From positions 1-64,000 of the forward strand of contig CAZWNU010000002.1 in the NCBI GenBank assembly GCA_964635515.1: 64,000 bases of DNA, in the 5' to 3' direction. Position numbers and translations under genes: made by a program. Shown here piece after piece: positions 16,983 through 27,624 of the stretch. The number at the start of each line of letters is the position of its first letter. Positions within the stretch are counted from its first letter, which is position 1. Below the pieces are notes generated by a model. The model ran no database searches. It was not told where the DNA came from and was given only the letters and a program-made list of their open reading frames with translations. Source of the stretch: an uncultured Gammaproteobacteria bacterium (GTDB taxonomy: Bacteria; Patescibacteriota; Patescibacteriia; Patescibacteriales; JAGXOH01).

Positions 16983-18029
16983 ATGTTTAGCAGATTGTTT
17001 GGAAAATTCAGTAAGGACCTGGCCATAGACCTGGGAACTAAAAATACTTTGGTCTATACCGAAGAGAAGGGTATCATTATCAATGAGCCCAGTATAGTGG
17101 TGGTCAATGCCAGAACCGAGGAGATTTTGGCGGTGGGTGAGGATGCTGAAAAAATGGTGGGAAAGACCCCCGGTCATGTTCGTTCTATCAACCCCTTGGT
17201 GGATGGAGTTATTTTTGATTTTGAAGTAACCGAAAAGATGATCAAGCATTTTATAAACAAAGTTCACAGCGATAGTTTCACTATCACTCCGAGGCCTAAA
17301 ATGATCATTGGAATACCCTTGGATATTACTGAGGTGGAAAAAAAGGCGGTAGAGGATTCAGCCAAATCCGCCGGTGCCAGAAAGGTCCATTTAATAGAAC
17401 AGTCCATGGCCGCTGCCATCGGTGCTCGTTTGCCGGTTTCTGAGGCTATGGCCAGTATGATAGTGGATATAGGAGGAGGAACTTCAGAAATAGCGGTTAT
17501 CTCCTTAAGTGGAGTGGTTACTTCTAAATCGCTCCGTTTGGCCGGTGATGTTTTTGATAACAACATTATCGAGTATATGAGAGAAGAATTCAACATATTG
17601 ATCGGAACCCAGATGGCCCAGGATATAAAGATAAAAGTCGGGTCAGCCACTCCTCTGAAAGATGTCTTGGAGATGGAAGTAAGGGGCAGGGATCTCTTGA
17701 ACGGACTCCCTCGAGCGGTCACTGTCACTGATGCCCAAATCAGAGAAGCTTTGCGGAAATCGATCAATCTGATCATAGATAACGTTAAAACAACTTTGGA
17801 AAAAACTCCTCCGGAACTAGTGGCTGATATCTACGAACAAGGCATCTATTTAAGCGGAGGCGGAGCTTTGATAAGGGGTTTAGACAAGGAATTGGCTGAA
17901 GCTACCAAGATATCAGTGCGGATAGTGGATGATCCCTTGACCGCAGTAGTCAGAGGAACCGGAGTGCTCCTAAATGATTTCGAGCTTTTGGAAAAGATTT
18001 TGGCCCCGGGAGAGGGAGAGGAGTTATAG
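16983..18029 (+). CDS. mreB: Rod-shape determining actin homolog MreB
   Basis: It has 'DLAIDLGTKNTLVY', 'VDIGGGTSEIAVISL' and 'IYLSGGGALIRGLD'. The ATG at 16983 is preferred to the TTG at 16974. Confidence 0.96.
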   Translation: MFSRLFGKFSKDLAIDLGTKNTLVYTEEKGIIINEPSIVVVNARTEEILAVGEDAEKMVGKTPGHVRSINPLVDGVIFDFEVTEKMIKHFINKVHSDSFTITPRPKMIIGIPLDITEVEKKAVEDSAKSAGARKVHLIEQSMAAAIGARLPVSEAMASMIVDIGGGTSEIAVISLSGVVTSKSLRLAGDVFDNNIIEYMREEFNILIGTQMAQDIKIKVGSATPLKDVLEMEVRGRDLLNGLPRAVTVTDAQIREALRKSINLIIDNVKTTLEKTPPELVADIYEQGIYLSGGGALIRGLDKELAEATKISVRIVDDPLTAVVRGTGVLLNDFELLEKILAPGEGEEL

Positions 18030-18048
18030 CTCTAAACTTATTTTTACA

Positions 18049-18858
18049 ATGTACAAGATCAAATCCAAGAAAATTTTAATAATTTTGATTATAGTTTTTG
18101 CTTTAATTTTTCTTCATTATACAAAGATCTTAAGGCCGGTTGAGAACGCGTTTCTAAGCTTGACCCAACCGGTGGCTGAGAGATTATATGGACTCGGTTC
18201 CTTGGTTAAAACCTCTTACAATAGGCAAGTGGGGGCCTGGGATCAGGCGGAGAAGATCCGGGAGCTCGAGGCCGAGGTGAACCGGCTGACCATAGACAAA
18301 GCTGAGAAACAGGTTCTGGAAGAAGAGAACAGAGCTTTGCGTTCGTATTTAAATTTTTTAGAGGAGGCGGAATACGATTATATTTTGGCCAATTTACTTT
18401 CTCGAGAGATCGCGGTCAATCCTCAAGAAAGAAGGTCCAATATTGTAATTGATCGAGGGAGTAAAGCAGGTTTGGAAAAAGGTCTTTTGGTCGTTGACTC
18501 TCAAGGATTGGTGGTGGGCAAGCTGGGAGAGGTGCGTCCGGAGTCCTCGGAAATCATTTTGATTACCAGCAGTGATTGTCAGATAGCTTCCACTCTTCAA
18601 AATCAAGAAAGAACCTCTGGTGTGGTCACCGGAGAGTTGGGATTGACCATGAATATGGAGTTTATACCCCAGGACGAGGAAATTAGAGAAGGGGATTTGG
18701 TGGTGACTTCCGGATTGGAGAGGAATATACCCCGAGGTAGGGTTTTGGGTCGAGTGACAGAAGTGGACAGTAGCCGTGATGAGGTGTGGCAAAGGGCGGT
18801 GATTGAGCCCTTGGTGGATTTTGACGATCTTAGCCTGGTCTCCATTTTGCTCCCTTAA
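18049..18858 (+). CDS. mreC: Rod-shape determining protein MreC
   Basis: It has an N-terminal TM, a coiled coil 'ELEAEVNRLTIDKAEKQVLEEENRALR', and a beta-barrel region, in mreB-mreC-mreD synteny. The ATG at 18049 avoids overlap with mreB. Confidence 0.85.
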   Translation: MYKIKSKKILIILIIVFALIFLHYTKILRPVENAFLSLTQPVAERLYGLGSLVKTSYNRQVGAWDQAEKIRELEAEVNRLTIDKAEKQVLEEENRALRSYLNFLEEAEYDYILANLLSREIAVNPQERRSNIVIDRGSKAGLEKGLLVVDSQGLVVGKLGEVRPESSEIILITSSDCQIASTLQNQERTSGVVTGELGLTMNMEFIPQDEEIREGDLVVTSGLERNIPRGRVLGRVTEVDSSRDEVWQRAVIEPLVDFDDLSLVSILLP

Positions 18859-18870
18859 ATTTCTATCTTT

Positions 18871-19398
18871 ATGTATCTGAGAATAATTATTCATTCTATT
18901 TTAGCGATCAGTGTGAGCTTGTTTCAGATATCCCTCCTTCAGTCCTGGCAGGAGTGGTTGGGATATTTTAGCTTGGTCTTGATCTTTCTGCTGTTTGTTC
19001 TATCCTTGTCCGGTCTGGACAAGGCCCTGATCTGGGCGGGTGTTTGCGGTTTTATTTACGATATTTACAGCTTTTTCCCCTTTGGTCTTTTTTTATTGAT
19101 CTTTGTTCTAACTCTTCTTCTGGCCGACTTTCTGTTAAAAAATTTTTTTACCGACCGGTCTCTTTATTCTTTCTGGGCCTTGATCTTGATCATAAACCTA
19201 AGTTTTAATCTGCTCTTCTATTCCGGGGTTTATATAATCAATTGGTATGTTGGTGATCTTCCTTTTTTCTTGCTGAGTCAAGATTTTTGGTCGGCCCTTC
19301 TCAGGGGAGGGATTTTTAGCTTGATAGTGGTCTTCTTCTTCTTTTACGCCTCCCATTTTATCAGTAATCGCCTTAATGCCGTGTTTTTAAAACATTAA
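18871..19398 (+). CDS. mreD: Rod-shape determining protein MreD (polytopic membrane protein)
   Basis: It is 175 aa and very hydrophobic, and sits between mreC and the PBP2 gene. Confidence 0.7.
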   Translation: MYLRIIIHSILAISVSLFQISLLQSWQEWLGYFSLVLIFLLFVLSLSGLDKALIWAGVCGFIYDIYSFFPFGLFLLIFVLTLLLADFLLKNFFTDRSLYSFWALILIINLSFNLLFYSGVYIINWYVGDLPFFLLSQDFWSALLRGGIFSLIVVFFFFYASHFISNRLNAVFLKH

Positions 19399-19419
19399 TT
19401 TTGCTATAATATATTTAAG

Positions 19420-21474
19420 ATGAGAAAGATCGGAGACAAGAAAAATCAAGATCCTTTTTCCTTGAAAGCTGAAAAACCCAAGTTAAACAAACTAGAAAAC
19501 ACTTACTACAAGCAAGAGTGGACTGAGGATAGTTATCTTGAGGGTCAAGGAGGGAAGGATAGTATGGGAATAAGCTTTGATTTCTCTTATCTGAGAAAAT
19601 TAAGCTTCTTCCTGTTGGTTATGATTTTACTTCTTTTGGGTCGAGCTCTTTGGCTACAGGTCATAAAGGGGGATCACTACGGTGCCATGGCTCAGGGAAA
19701 CAGGATCCGAGTGGTTTCGGTTGAACCCAGTCGCGGTATCGTTTATGATCGCAATCAAAATGTTTTGGTTCAAAATACGGCCAACTTCATGCTCTATTTA
19801 ATTCCGGGCGATTTACCTCAGGAGGATTCGCAGAGAAGAGAAATTCTTGACAATGTTATAGGAATTTTAAATCAGGATGATTCAGAGGGGGGAGTAGACA
19901 GAGAAATTTTGGAGGGTCGGATCGAGCAGGCCCAAGAATCTCCTGTGTCAGCCTATGAGCCGATATTTATTCAGGATAATATTGAATATGAAAAGGCAAT
20001 ATCGCTCTATTTGATCACCCAAGAAATGCCCGGCATAGTTTTGTCCAATAAGACTCGTCGCGAGTATCCGAATCAAGTAAAGATTTCTCAATTCATGCCC
20101 GAAACCGATACTCCTGAAGCGGAGCTTGAGGAAACCATTTATGACGGGGAGGATGTTTTTCAACTAAGATCCCTCTCTCATATTTTGGGCTATACTGGCA
20201 AGATCAGCCGGGAGGAATTGGATCGCAACCCCGGGTATTCACCCATCGATTATATCGGTAAATCCGGGATAGAGTTTGTTTGGGAGGGGCAGTTAAAAGG
20301 TGAGAAGGGGAGAAAGCAAGTCGAGGTAGACGCCTTAGGTCGGGAGATAAGGGTTATTAGTGAGGAAGATCCGGTTAAAGGAAACAGCTTGGTCCTTTCC
20401 CTGGATTATGACCTACAGGCCAAAACAGAAATGATCTTAAAAGAGTACTTGGATAATTTGAATGAAGACAAGGCCGCAGCGGTCATCATGGACCCCAATA
20501 ACGGTGAGATTTTGAGCTTGGTCAGCTTGCCGGGCTTTGATAATAATCTTTTTGCCAGGGGTTTTAGTTCCGAAGAGTATCAGAGGATGACCGAGGAAGA
20601 GGACTATTCACTCTATAATCGGGCTATCTCTGGTGAGTATCCGGCCGGCTCTACTATTAAGCCGGTGATAGCGGCGGCTGCCTTGGAAGAGGGCGTAGTC
20701 ACTGAGAGCACTACTGTAAACAGTACCGGCGGTATAAATGTTGGTCCTTGGTTCTTTCCCGACTGGAGAAGCGGCGGTCATGGCATCACCAATGTCCGCA
20801 AAGCTATTGCCCAGTCAGTCAACACTTTTTTTTACTATGTCGGAGGTGGTTACAGGGATTTTTCCGGTTTGGGTTTGGAAAAAATAATAAATTATGATCG
20901 AATGTTTGGCTTGGGAGACAAGAGCGGCCTGGATCTTCCGGGAGAGTCTCCCGGGTTCTTACCCTCCAGAGAATGGAAGGAGGAGCAGCTGGGAGAACCT
21001 TGGTACATTGGAGATACCTACCATCTCTCCATCGGACAGGGGTTTTTACTGACCACTCCTTTGCAAGTAGCTAATTTTACTTCGGTTTTTGCCAATCAAG
21101 GCACCTTGTATCGCCCTTACTTACTTAAAGAGATCCTTGATCACGAAGGGGAGCTTGTGAACTTTGTCGAGCCGGAAGTGATCAACCAAGATTTTATAGA
21201 TGATTATGTTTTGCGGGTTGTCCGGGAAGGTATGAGAGAAACCGTAACCAGGGGTAGCGCCAGAAGTTTGTCTAATCTTGATGTGGCTGTGGCCGGTAAG
21301 ACCGGTACGGCTCAATGGTCTTCAGAGAAGGAGAATCACGCTTGGTTCGCCAGCTTCGCTCCTTATGACGATCCCGAGATAGTTATTACCGTTTTAGTGG
21401 AGAGAGGGGGTGAGGGTTCGGATGTCGCCGTGCCCATAACCCGGGATATTCTAGAATACTATTTTGACAATTAA
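19420..21474 (+). CDS. mrdA: Penicillin-binding protein 2 (class B transpeptidase)
   Basis: It has SxxK 'GSTIKP', 'KTG' in 'AGKTGTAQ', an N-terminal TM anchor, and mreBCD synteny. Confidence 0.9.
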   Translation: MRKIGDKKNQDPFSLKAEKPKLNKLENTYYKQEWTEDSYLEGQGGKDSMGISFDFSYLRKLSFFLLVMILLLLGRALWLQVIKGDHYGAMAQGNRIRVVSVEPSRGIVYDRNQNVLVQNTANFMLYLIPGDLPQEDSQRREILDNVIGILNQDDSEGGVDREILEGRIEQAQESPVSAYEPIFIQDNIEYEKAISLYLITQEMPGIVLSNKTRREYPNQVKISQFMPETDTPEAELEETIYDGEDVFQLRSLSHILGYTGKISREELDRNPGYSPIDYIGKSGIEFVWEGQLKGEKGRKQVEVDALGREIRVISEEDPVKGNSLVLSLDYDLQAKTEMILKEYLDNLNEDKAAAVIMDPNNGEILSLVSLPGFDNNLFARGFSSEEYQRMTEEEDYSLYNRAISGEYPAGSTIKPVIAAAALEEGVVTESTTVNSTGGINVGPWFFPDWRSGGHGITNVRKAIAQSVNTFFYYVGGGYRDFSGLGLEKIINYDRMFGLGDKSGLDLPGESPGFLPSREWKEEQLGEPWYIGDTYHLSIGQGFLLTTPLQVANFTSVFANQGTLYRPYLLKEILDHEGELVNFVEPEVINQDFIDDYVLRVVREGMRETVTRGSARSLSNLDVAVAGKTGTAQWSSEKENHAWFASFAPYDDPEIVITVLVERGGEGSDVAVPITRDILEYYFDN

Positions 21475-21559
21475 GCTTAATATGGTTACTATTGATATAG
21501 TTTGGTTAACTCGATAATCTTAAAACACTCTCAAGATACTTAAATATTGACGGAGCAAT

Positions 21560-24496
21560 ATGGATAAACAGGTCAAAGAAAAACAAAAAAGTTCTTTTTC
21601 CGAAATGGAAGAAGAAATTTTGCAATTTTGGGACAAATCTCAGACATTTCAAAGATCTTTAAAGAAAAAAGATCCCCAGGGAGATTTTGTTTTCTATGAC
21701 GGACCTCCGTTTGCCACCGGATTGCCCCACTATGGTCATTTGGTGGCTAATATTATCAAGGATGTCGTGCCCAGGTATTGGACCATGAAGGGTTATCATG
21801 TAGACAGAAGATGGGGTTGGGATTGTCATGGTTTGCCTTTGGAGAATTTGGCTGAAGAAGAACTCAACCTGAAGGACAAATCTGATATTGAAGACTACGG
21901 AGTGGACAAGTTCAATGAATATTGTCGAGGCATGGTTTTGCGCTACTCAGAGGAGTGGGAAAAAAGTATCCGGCGTATAGCTCGTTGGGTGGACATGGAA
22001 AACGGATATCGGACTATGGATGTTGACTATATGGAGTCTTTGTGGTGGATATTTCATAGATTGTCCGAAAAAAACTTGATTTACAAAGGTTACAAATCCA
22101 TGCACATGTGCCCTAGGTGCGGTACTACTCTTTCCAATTTTGAGGTGGGTTTGGGTTACCTGGATATTAAAGATTTGGCTGTTACTGCCAAATTCGAACT
22201 GGAATCCGAACCAGGTGTCTATTTCCTGGCCTGGACCACCACTCCTTGGACCCTGGTGGGCAATGTAGCTTTGGCTGTAGGAAGGAACATAAATTATGTT
22301 AAATTCAGTTTGCAGGGCGACTCTGTTTTTCCAGACGGTCGATATATTGTCTCTCAAGATTATTTTGACAGTTTAAAAGAGAGGGTTACCGGAGGTGAGA
22401 TCAAAAAGGAAAAAAGTTTTCAAGGCAGAGATCTGGTCGGAGAAAAATACAAACCCTTGTTCAATTATTATTCCTTGGATAAAAACTTACTTTACAGAGA
22501 AAACGGCTGGCAGGTTTATGTGGGTGATTTTGTAACCACCCAGGAAGGGAGTGGCATAGTCCATATCGCCCCCGCTTTTGGAGAAGATGATCTGGACTTG
22601 AGCCATGAGTACAACCTACCCTTTGTCCAACATATAGACAAGGAGGGTAAGTTCAAACCTGAAGTGGAGTTTTTGGCCGGGCTTGAGGCTAAGCCCAAAA
22701 AGGATCACCAAGCCAGTGATGTTTTGATAATCAAGTATTTAGCCAAGCATAACTTGCTTTTTTTCAAAGAGAAATATGAGCATTCTTATCCTCACTGTTG
22801 GCGTTGCGACACCCCCTTGCTTAACTATGCCAGTGATTCCTGGTTTATCCAGGTAAGTAAATTCAGAGAAGCTCTTATTCAGAACAATCGTTATGTCAAC
22901 TGGGTCCCTTCTCATTTAAAGGAAGGTCGTTTCGGTAAATGGTTGGAACAGGCCAGAGACTGGGCCATCAGTCGAGATAGGTACTGGGGCACCCCTTTAC
23001 CTGTCTGGGAGTGTTCGACCTGTACCCAAAGAAAAATAATCGGTTCCAAGAAGGAACTGGAAGAGCTCAGCGGACAAAAAATTCAAGATCTGCACAAACA
23101 TATTGTGGATGATATCAGTTTTGACTGTACTTGCGGAGAGGGGTCAATGCACAGGATCAGCGAGGTTTTGGATTGTTGGTATGAATCGGGTTCCATGCCC
23201 TATGCTCAATATCATTATCCTTTTGAAAATGAAAAAAAATTTGAAAGAAATTTTCCTGCCAATTTTGTGGCGGAAGGCATGGACCAGACCAGGGGCTGGT
23301 TTTACACCTTAATGGTCATCTCCACCGCCCTTTATGGCAGGGGTGCTTTTGATAATGTTGTTGTCAACGGGATTGTTTTAGCCGAAGATGGCCAGAAAAT
23401 GAGCAAATCCAAGAAAAACTTTCCGGCTCCGGATAAAATTTTCGATCTTTATTCTGTAGATGCCACCAGATATTATCTTCTTTCTTCTTCTGTGGTCATG
23501 GGGGAGAATTTAAATTTTTCCGAGGACGGAGTAAAGGAGGTTTTGAGAAAAGTCAACATGACTTTGTGGAATGTCTATAAGTTTTATGATCTTTTCGCCC
23601 GGACCGAGGAAAAAATCGAGGCCAAGCCCGGGGAGGACCATATTTTAGATAAATGGATAGTGTCGCGTTTAAATCAATTAACAGAGGAGGTCAGTCTCAA
23701 TATGGAGAAGTATCTGCTCCCCAAGGCGGTGCGCCCTATAGGGGTCTTTATTGACGATCTGTCCACTTGGTATTTAAGACGTAGCCGAGATAGGTTTAAG
23801 GCCGGGGGAAGAGTTGATAAGATGGAAGCTCTCCAGACCACTAAATATACTCTTTTGGAATTGTCTCGTATCATGGCGCCTTTTATGCCCTTTTTAGCAG
23901 AAAGATTGTGGCAGAAAGTCAGTGGTTTTGATTTTGGCCGGGAGGACAGAAGTGTTCACTTGGAAGATTGGCCCTCAAAAAAGGATGTTGACTCCGAGGT
24001 CTTGGAAAAGATGAGTAAAGTCAGAGAAATAGTGGAGTTGAGCCTAGCCAAAAGAGATCAGGCTGGAATCAAGGTCAGACAACCTCTGCCAAAGCTGAAT
24101 GTATCCGGTCCCAGTGTGATGTTGGGTGAGGACTATTTTGACTTGATCAAAGAGGAGGTCAATGTGAAATATCTTAAAATTGACCAGGACTTGGAACTTG
24201 AGGTAGAGCTCGATACCGAGTTAACTCCGGAATTGATCCAAGAGGGGATAAAAAGAGAGTTAGTAAGATTGATCAATAATATGCGGAAGAATTTAGGCCT
24301 AACTCTTTCCGACCGAGTTTCGGTTTCTTGGCAGAGCGAGGAAGAGTTGATCATTCAGGCCTTGCTTGGTTTTGCCGAGGATATAAAAAGAGAGACCCTA
24401 AGTCAAGAATTTTATCAAGGAGAGATGAAAGAGCCTGATTCCCACAAGGAGTTCAAGCTGGACAAGGGTCGGGTTAAAATTTTTCTTAAAAAATAA
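21560..24496 (+). CDS. ileS: Isoleucyl-tRNA synthetase
   Basis: It has the HIGH motif 'PHYGHLVAN', KMSKS 'KMSKSKKN', a CP1 editing domain, and is 978 aa. Confidence 0.96.
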   Translation: MDKQVKEKQKSSFSEMEEEILQFWDKSQTFQRSLKKKDPQGDFVFYDGPPFATGLPHYGHLVANIIKDVVPRYWTMKGYHVDRRWGWDCHGLPLENLAEEELNLKDKSDIEDYGVDKFNEYCRGMVLRYSEEWEKSIRRIARWVDMENGYRTMDVDYMESLWWIFHRLSEKNLIYKGYKSMHMCPRCGTTLSNFEVGLGYLDIKDLAVTAKFELESEPGVYFLAWTTTPWTLVGNVALAVGRNINYVKFSLQGDSVFPDGRYIVSQDYFDSLKERVTGGEIKKEKSFQGRDLVGEKYKPLFNYYSLDKNLLYRENGWQVYVGDFVTTQEGSGIVHIAPAFGEDDLDLSHEYNLPFVQHIDKEGKFKPEVEFLAGLEAKPKKDHQASDVLIIKYLAKHNLLFFKEKYEHSYPHCWRCDTPLLNYASDSWFIQVSKFREALIQNNRYVNWVPSHLKEGRFGKWLEQARDWAISRDRYWGTPLPVWECSTCTQRKIIGSKKELEELSGQKIQDLHKHIVDDISFDCTCGEGSMHRISEVLDCWYESGSMPYAQYHYPFENEKKFERNFPANFVAEGMDQTRGWFYTLMVISTALYGRGAFDNVVVNGIVLAEDGQKMSKSKKNFPAPDKIFDLYSVDATRYYLLSSSVVMGENLNFSEDGVKEVLRKVNMTLWNVYKFYDLFARTEEKIEAKPGEDHILDKWIVSRLNQLTEEVSLNMEKYLLPKAVRPIGVFIDDLSTWYLRRSRDRFKAGGRVDKMEALQTTKYTLLELSRIMAPFMPFLAERLWQKVSGFDFGREDRSVHLEDWPSKKDVDSEVLEKMSKVREIVELSLAKRDQAGIKVRQPLPKLNVSGPSVMLGEDYFDLIKEEVNVKYLKIDQDLELEVELDTELTPELIQEGIKRELVRLINNMRKNLGLTLSDRVSVSWQSEEELIIQALLGFAEDIKRETLSQEFYQGEMKEPDSHKEFKLDKGRVKIFLKK

Positions 24497-24785
24497 TTCT
24501 ATTGATACCAAAAACATTTCATCTCAGAAGAGGTGGATTGGATATAAAAAAGAAAAAAAGAGGAGGAGGAGATGGAAGACAGAATCATGTACCTTTATCA
24601 CTTGAAAAGAGATTTTTGTCGGGGTTGGCCTTGTGAAATGTTGTTACAGATAATTTTTGCGCCCTTGCCGAGGAGGGGCAGGCGAAAACTTGTTCAAGAG
24701 TTTCTGGATCTTGCCCACCCCCTGGAAAAACCCTTATCGAAAAACAAAATATTATTTCCTTAAAGGCTTGATCTGTTGAGCACCT

Positions 24786-24819
24786 GGGTCGAGAAAAAAA
24801 CTCGACCCTTTAATTAATT
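24786..24819 (+). terminator. Hairpin just upstream of the PP-loop gene; either a terminator or a leader element
   Basis: The sequence is GGGTCGAG-aaaaaaa-CTCGACCC followed by TTTAATTAATT. It is 16 nt upstream of the ATG at 24835 and ~290 nt downstream of the ileS stop. Confidence 0.5.
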
Positions 24820-24834
24820 CAATCTATTTTTCCT

Positions 24835-25854
24835 ATGTCCCGAGAAAAAATAAAAGCGCTTGTCCTTTTCTCCGGCGGTTTGGACTCGATGTTGGCTGTA
24901 AAGATTTTACAGGAACAAGACATTGAGGTGGTGGGAGTCAACTTTGTCAGTAATTTTTTCGATTCCCGGGTTGCGGAGCGGTCGGCTCGGCATTTAGGGC
25001 TGGAGCTGAAGATTTTGGATATAAGTGAAGAGCTTTTAGAAATGATCAAAAAACCCGATCATGGTCGTGGTAAAAACCTTAATCCCTGTCTTGATTGTCA
25101 CGGTTTTATGATCAGAAAAGCCAAGCAGGAACTTCTTTCTGGCAGTCCAAAAGATTGTTTCATAGCTACTGGCGAGGTTTTGGGGCAAAGACCCTTCTCC
25201 CAAACCAAGAATGCCTTAAAAAAAGTAGAAGAGTTGGCCGGGAGTGAGGTTTTAAGGCCTCTGTCCGCCAAGTTGTTGCCTGTGACTGAAATCGAGAAGC
25301 AAGGTCTTGTGGATCGGGAGAAATTGCTTGACATAAAGGGAAGGAGCAGGGAAAGGCAAATGAAACTGGCCTCTGAGCACGGAATCAAAGATTACCCCAG
25401 TCCTTCCGGGGGTTGTCTTTTGACCGATCCCGGCTTTAGCCAGAGATTAAAAGATATGATGGACAAATGGGCTGTCTTTAAGCCCGCGGATGTGGAGTTA
25501 CTCAAACAGGGCCGGGTTTTTTGGGCTAATCAAGCTGACCAGAACTGGGTCTTGGTTGTGGTGTCCAGAGATGAGCGGGAAGGGGAGAGTCTGATGAAGT
25601 TAAAACGCTCCGGTGATGTTTTGGTTCAATTAAAGGATATGACCGGCCCTTTGATTTTAGCCCGAGGCCTTAATTTGGACCAAGAGAAGAAAGAGTGGGA
25701 GTTTAATTGCTATATTCCGGACAAGTGGCCGGCTGACCTGCTTTCTTTACCGGAAAGGGGTGAACAAATTCTCTCTACCCTAGCCTTAATGGCCGGTTAT
25801 TACAAACCTGAAGCTAGGGGAAAGGAGCTTAAAGTCGGGTTGCGCAGAGATTGA
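24835..25854 (+). CDS. PP-loop ATP pyrophosphatase, ThiI-AANH/MnmA-like tRNA sulfurtransferase family
   Basis: It has the PP-loop 'ALVLFSGGLDSMLA', 'NPCLDCHGFM', 'TGEVLGQRPFSQT', 'LRPLSA' and 'PSGGCLLTDPGFSQRL'. Confidence 0.7.
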   Translation: MSREKIKALVLFSGGLDSMLAVKILQEQDIEVVGVNFVSNFFDSRVAERSARHLGLELKILDISEELLEMIKKPDHGRGKNLNPCLDCHGFMIRKAKQELLSGSPKDCFIATGEVLGQRPFSQTKNALKKVEELAGSEVLRPLSAKLLPVTEIEKQGLVDREKLLDIKGRSRERQMKLASEHGIKDYPSPSGGCLLTDPGFSQRLKDMMDKWAVFKPADVELLKQGRVFWANQADQNWVLVVVSRDEREGESLMKLKRSGDVLVQLKDMTGPLILARGLNLDQEKKEWEFNCYIPDKWPADLLSLPERGEQILSTLALMAGYYKPEARGKELKVGLRRD

Positions 25855-25928
25855 TTTTTTTGCTTCTATCTGTTAATATAGCAGGTAATAATGGGAACAT
25901 TAATTAAATAATAAATAAGATAAAGTTT

Positions 25929-26498
25929 ATGACCACCACTACATGGATCATTTTAGGTATTATTGCTCTTGTTTTATTAGTGGCAATATTTACCTACAAT
26001 AGCCTTATTAGACTAAGAAACCGAGTTCAGGAAGCTTGGAGTGATATTGATGTCCAGTTAAAAAGAAGACATGACCTGATTCCGAACTTGATCAACACAG
26101 TTAAGGGTTATGCCAAACATGAAAGGGAGACTCTGGAAAATGTTACCAATGCCAGAACTCAGGCCATGCAGGCCAGGACTGAAGGGGGTGATACCCAAAG
26201 CCAAGCCCAGGCCGAGAACGCGCTTTCCAGTACCCTAAAATCTTTATTCGCTGTTTCGGAAAACTACCCGGACCTAAAGGCGAGTGAGAATTTTAAGGAA
26301 TTACAAAGGGAGCTTACAGACACCGAGAACAAGATCCAGGCCGCCCGTCGTTTCTACAATAACAACGTTATGCATTACAATACTAAAATTCAGTCTTTCC
26401 CGGTCAATATCCTGGCTGGAATGTTTAGTTTCGGTAAAAAGGAATTTTTTGAACTGGAAGATGAGAGCCAAAGAGAAAACGTAGAAGTTAAGTTTTAA
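25929..26498 (+). CDS. lemA: LemA family membrane protein
   Basis: It has an N-terminal TM followed by '[33 protein letters not shown]...[12 protein letters not shown]...ARRFYN'. Confidence 0.92.
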   Translation: MTTTTWIILGIIALVLLVAIFTYNSLIRLRNRVQEAWSDIDVQLKRRHDLIPNLINTVKGYAKHERETLENVTNARTQAMQARTEGGDTQSQAQAENALSSTLKSLFAVSENYPDLKASENFKELQRELTDTENKIQAARRFYNNNVMHYNTKIQSFPVNILAGMFSFGKKEFFELEDESQRENVEVKF

Positions 26499-26501
26499 TC
26501 T

Positions 26502-27422
26502 ATGAACACTTTATATACCCATTCCGATTCCAATAAAAGAAAGACATGGTTTTTAATGTCCGGTTTTTTGATTTTCGTTATTATGGTAGGCTGGGTATTC
26601 AGTTTGGCCTTGGGAACCTCTTCTATATTATATATAGCAGTGGCGTTCAGTGTTTTTTCCGCTTTTGCCAGTTATTGGTGGAGTGACAAGATTGTTCTCA
26701 GGATGAGCGGAGCGAAGGAGATCAAGTTCGAGGACAACAAAGAGATTTATCGTTTGGTGGAAAATCTTTGTATCACAGCCGGCCTACCTCTTCCCCGGAT
26801 ATATATTATTGATGACCCCTCACCCAACGCTTTTGCCACCGGTAGGAATCCTGATAATGCCGTAGTGGCCCTGACCAAGGGTCTTATCCAAAAATTGGAC
26901 AGAAATGAAATAGAAGCGGTGATCGCTCACGAACTCTCCCATATAGGAAATAGGGATATTTTAATCGCCACTCTGACCACCGTCTTGGTCGGCTTTATTG
27001 TCCTTTTAGCGGATTGGTTTTGGTACTGGGTCTTTTTTAGGGGCATAGGGGGTAGCGGAGACGATAACCGGGTTAAGATAGCCTTGATGTTGGCTGCCGT
27101 GGTTTTGGCTATTGTCGCCCCTATTTTCGCTTACATGATGCAATTCGCCATTTCCAGGAAGCAAGAGTTTAAAGCCGATGCTGATGCCGCCCTTTTGACC
27201 AGATATCCAGAGGCCCTGGCTAGCGCCCTGGAAAAGATTTCCGGAGATAACTCTGACTTGAAAACAGCCAATCGGGCCACCGCCCACATGTATATCTCCA
27301 CACCTTTAAAAAAGGAGAAGAAAAAGGAAAGGCAAAAAAAGAAAGGATTCTTTTCTAAGGCTTTTATGAGCCATCCTCCGGTTGATGAGAGGATTGCTGC
27401 CTTAAGAGGGATGAAAGTTTAG
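26502..27422 (+). CDS. htpX: Zn metalloprotease HtpX (M48)
   Basis: It has the 'HELSHIGNRD' zinc motif and four TM segments. The lemA-htpX pairing is common. Confidence 0.92.
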   Translation: MNTLYTHSDSNKRKTWFLMSGFLIFVIMVGWVFSLALGTSSILYIAVAFSVFSAFASYWWSDKIVLRMSGAKEIKFEDNKEIYRLVENLCITAGLPLPRIYIIDDPSPNAFATGRNPDNAVVALTKGLIQKLDRNEIEAVIAHELSHIGNRDILIATLTTVLVGFIVLLADWFWYWVFFRGIGGSGDDNRVKIALMLAAVVLAIVAPIFAYMMQFAISRKQEFKADADAALLTRYPEALASALEKISGDNSDLKTANRATAHMYISTPLKKEKKKERQKKKGFFSKAFMSHPPVDERIAALRGMKV

Positions 27423-27624
27423 TTTTTGATTCTGCGGCTTGCAATTAAGAGCTTTGAAATATCCAAGACCCCGATCAATCGTCCGGAGGTGGTGTTTCTT
27501 GTTTTGGGGAAGAGGGGGTGAGAGTAAAATTCTAAATGGACCGCAATCAAATCAAGACGTCACCACCTAAATTCCCAATAACTTCAAGAAAAGTTGTTGT
27601 TTAATAAAAAACTTTTTGGTGCTT

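Noticed and set aside
24572-24763. A 63-aa ORF with an adjacent purine-rich SD-like run in the ileS downstream spacer
   Set aside because: It has atypical Cys/Arg/Trp-rich composition, and the GGAGG repeats abut the ATG. It has no recognisable fold or TM segment. I treat the region as non-coding or possibly regulatory rather than as a gene.
27487-27568. An 8-nt long-range complement (AGGTGGTG ... CACCACCT) in the htpX downstream spacer, and a 12-mer 'cgtccggaggtg' shared with 10879-10890
   Set aside because: The 8-bp stem has a 66-nt loop with no extension. A shared 12-mer is expected many times by chance in 64 kb.
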